From an uncultured Flavobacteriaceae bacterium (GTDB lineage: Bacteria; Bacteroidota; Bacteroidia; Flavobacteriales; Flavobacteriaceae): a DNA stretch of 64,000 nt. Each line of letters starts with the position of its first letter. Positions within the stretch are counted from its first letter, which is position 1. The stretch spans positions 482 to 64,481 of the forward strand of contig CAJQNZ010000002.1 of assembly GCA_905479835.1 (NCBI GenBank). The letters are read 5' to 3'. The translations under genes were made by a program, and so were the position numbers. Below the pieces are notes generated by a model, which was not told where the DNA came from, ran no database searches, and saw nothing but the letters and a program-made list of their open reading frames with translations. Shown here one piece after another: positions 63,701-64,000 of the stretch.

Positions 63701-63737
63701 AAAAATGGTTCCTAACATTCGTCAGAAACCATTTTTT
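63701..63737. terminator. Intrinsic terminator downstream of purA
   Basis: AAAAATGGTT...AACCATTTTTT. Confidence 0.65.
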
Positions 63738-63810
63738 ATTTTATCATTCGATTACAAAACTATGATTCAATTATCACAAGAATTTCTTGTCTTCGTCTGA
63801 TGGATTAAAA

Positions 63811-64000
63811 CTATCGAAGTATCGTCTGTTTTCTATCAGGACCTACAGAAACTATTTTAATAGGTACTTCAACTTCTTTTTCTATAAATTCAATATAATC
63901 CAGTAAATTTTGTGGCAATTGCTCTTTGGTAGTCATTTTTGTCAAGTCTTCACTCCAACCTTTAAATTCACTATAAACAGGAGTTACATTTTCTGGTTCT
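63811..64000 (-). CDS. purA: 3' end of adenylosuccinate synthetase (partial)
   Basis: Minus frame reads EPENVTPVYSEFKGWSEDL...LP....YIEFIEKEVEVPIKIVSVGPDRKQTILR*. Confidence 0.93.
   Translation of the reverse strand, partial: EPENVTPVYSEFKGWSEDLTKMTTKEQLPQNLLDYIEFIEKEVEVPIKIVSVGPDRKQTILR

Overview
This is AT-rich chromosomal DNA from a member of the Flavobacteriaceae (Bacteroidota), judged from TAnnTTTG promoters and the gene content and order. It is mostly housekeeping genes: glyA 3' end, rmuC, gcvT, guaB, miaA, serC-serA-DUF1015-yggS, ychF, parE-parC, pcrA/uvrD, murA, grpE-dnaJ, rnpB, aconitase and the purA 3' end. There are also three TonB-dependent receptors: one preceded by Fur-box-like sites, one behind a cobalamin riboswitch, and one carrying an inserted Ca-binding-type loop. 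No CRISPR array, prophage or intact transposon is seen. Signals missed by the ORF track: (1) two tandem paralogous 37-aa microprotein genes (59852-59965, 60203-60316), each with its own ECF-sigma-like promoter and an identical 19-bp operator; (2) a hairpin-seed-terminator sRNA candidate between dnaJ and rnpB whose seed is antisense to ATGAAAAAG-type start regions; (3) a second structured sRNA candidate downstream of a 7TM-DISM/LuxR regulator; (4) a decayed IS3-family transposase remnant; (5) a REP-like repeat family with variable internal hairpins. A putative copper monooxygenase / HTTM-like / acyltransferase-3 cluster abuts rnpB. parC has a frameshift and cobB has an internal stop; both may be sequence errors.
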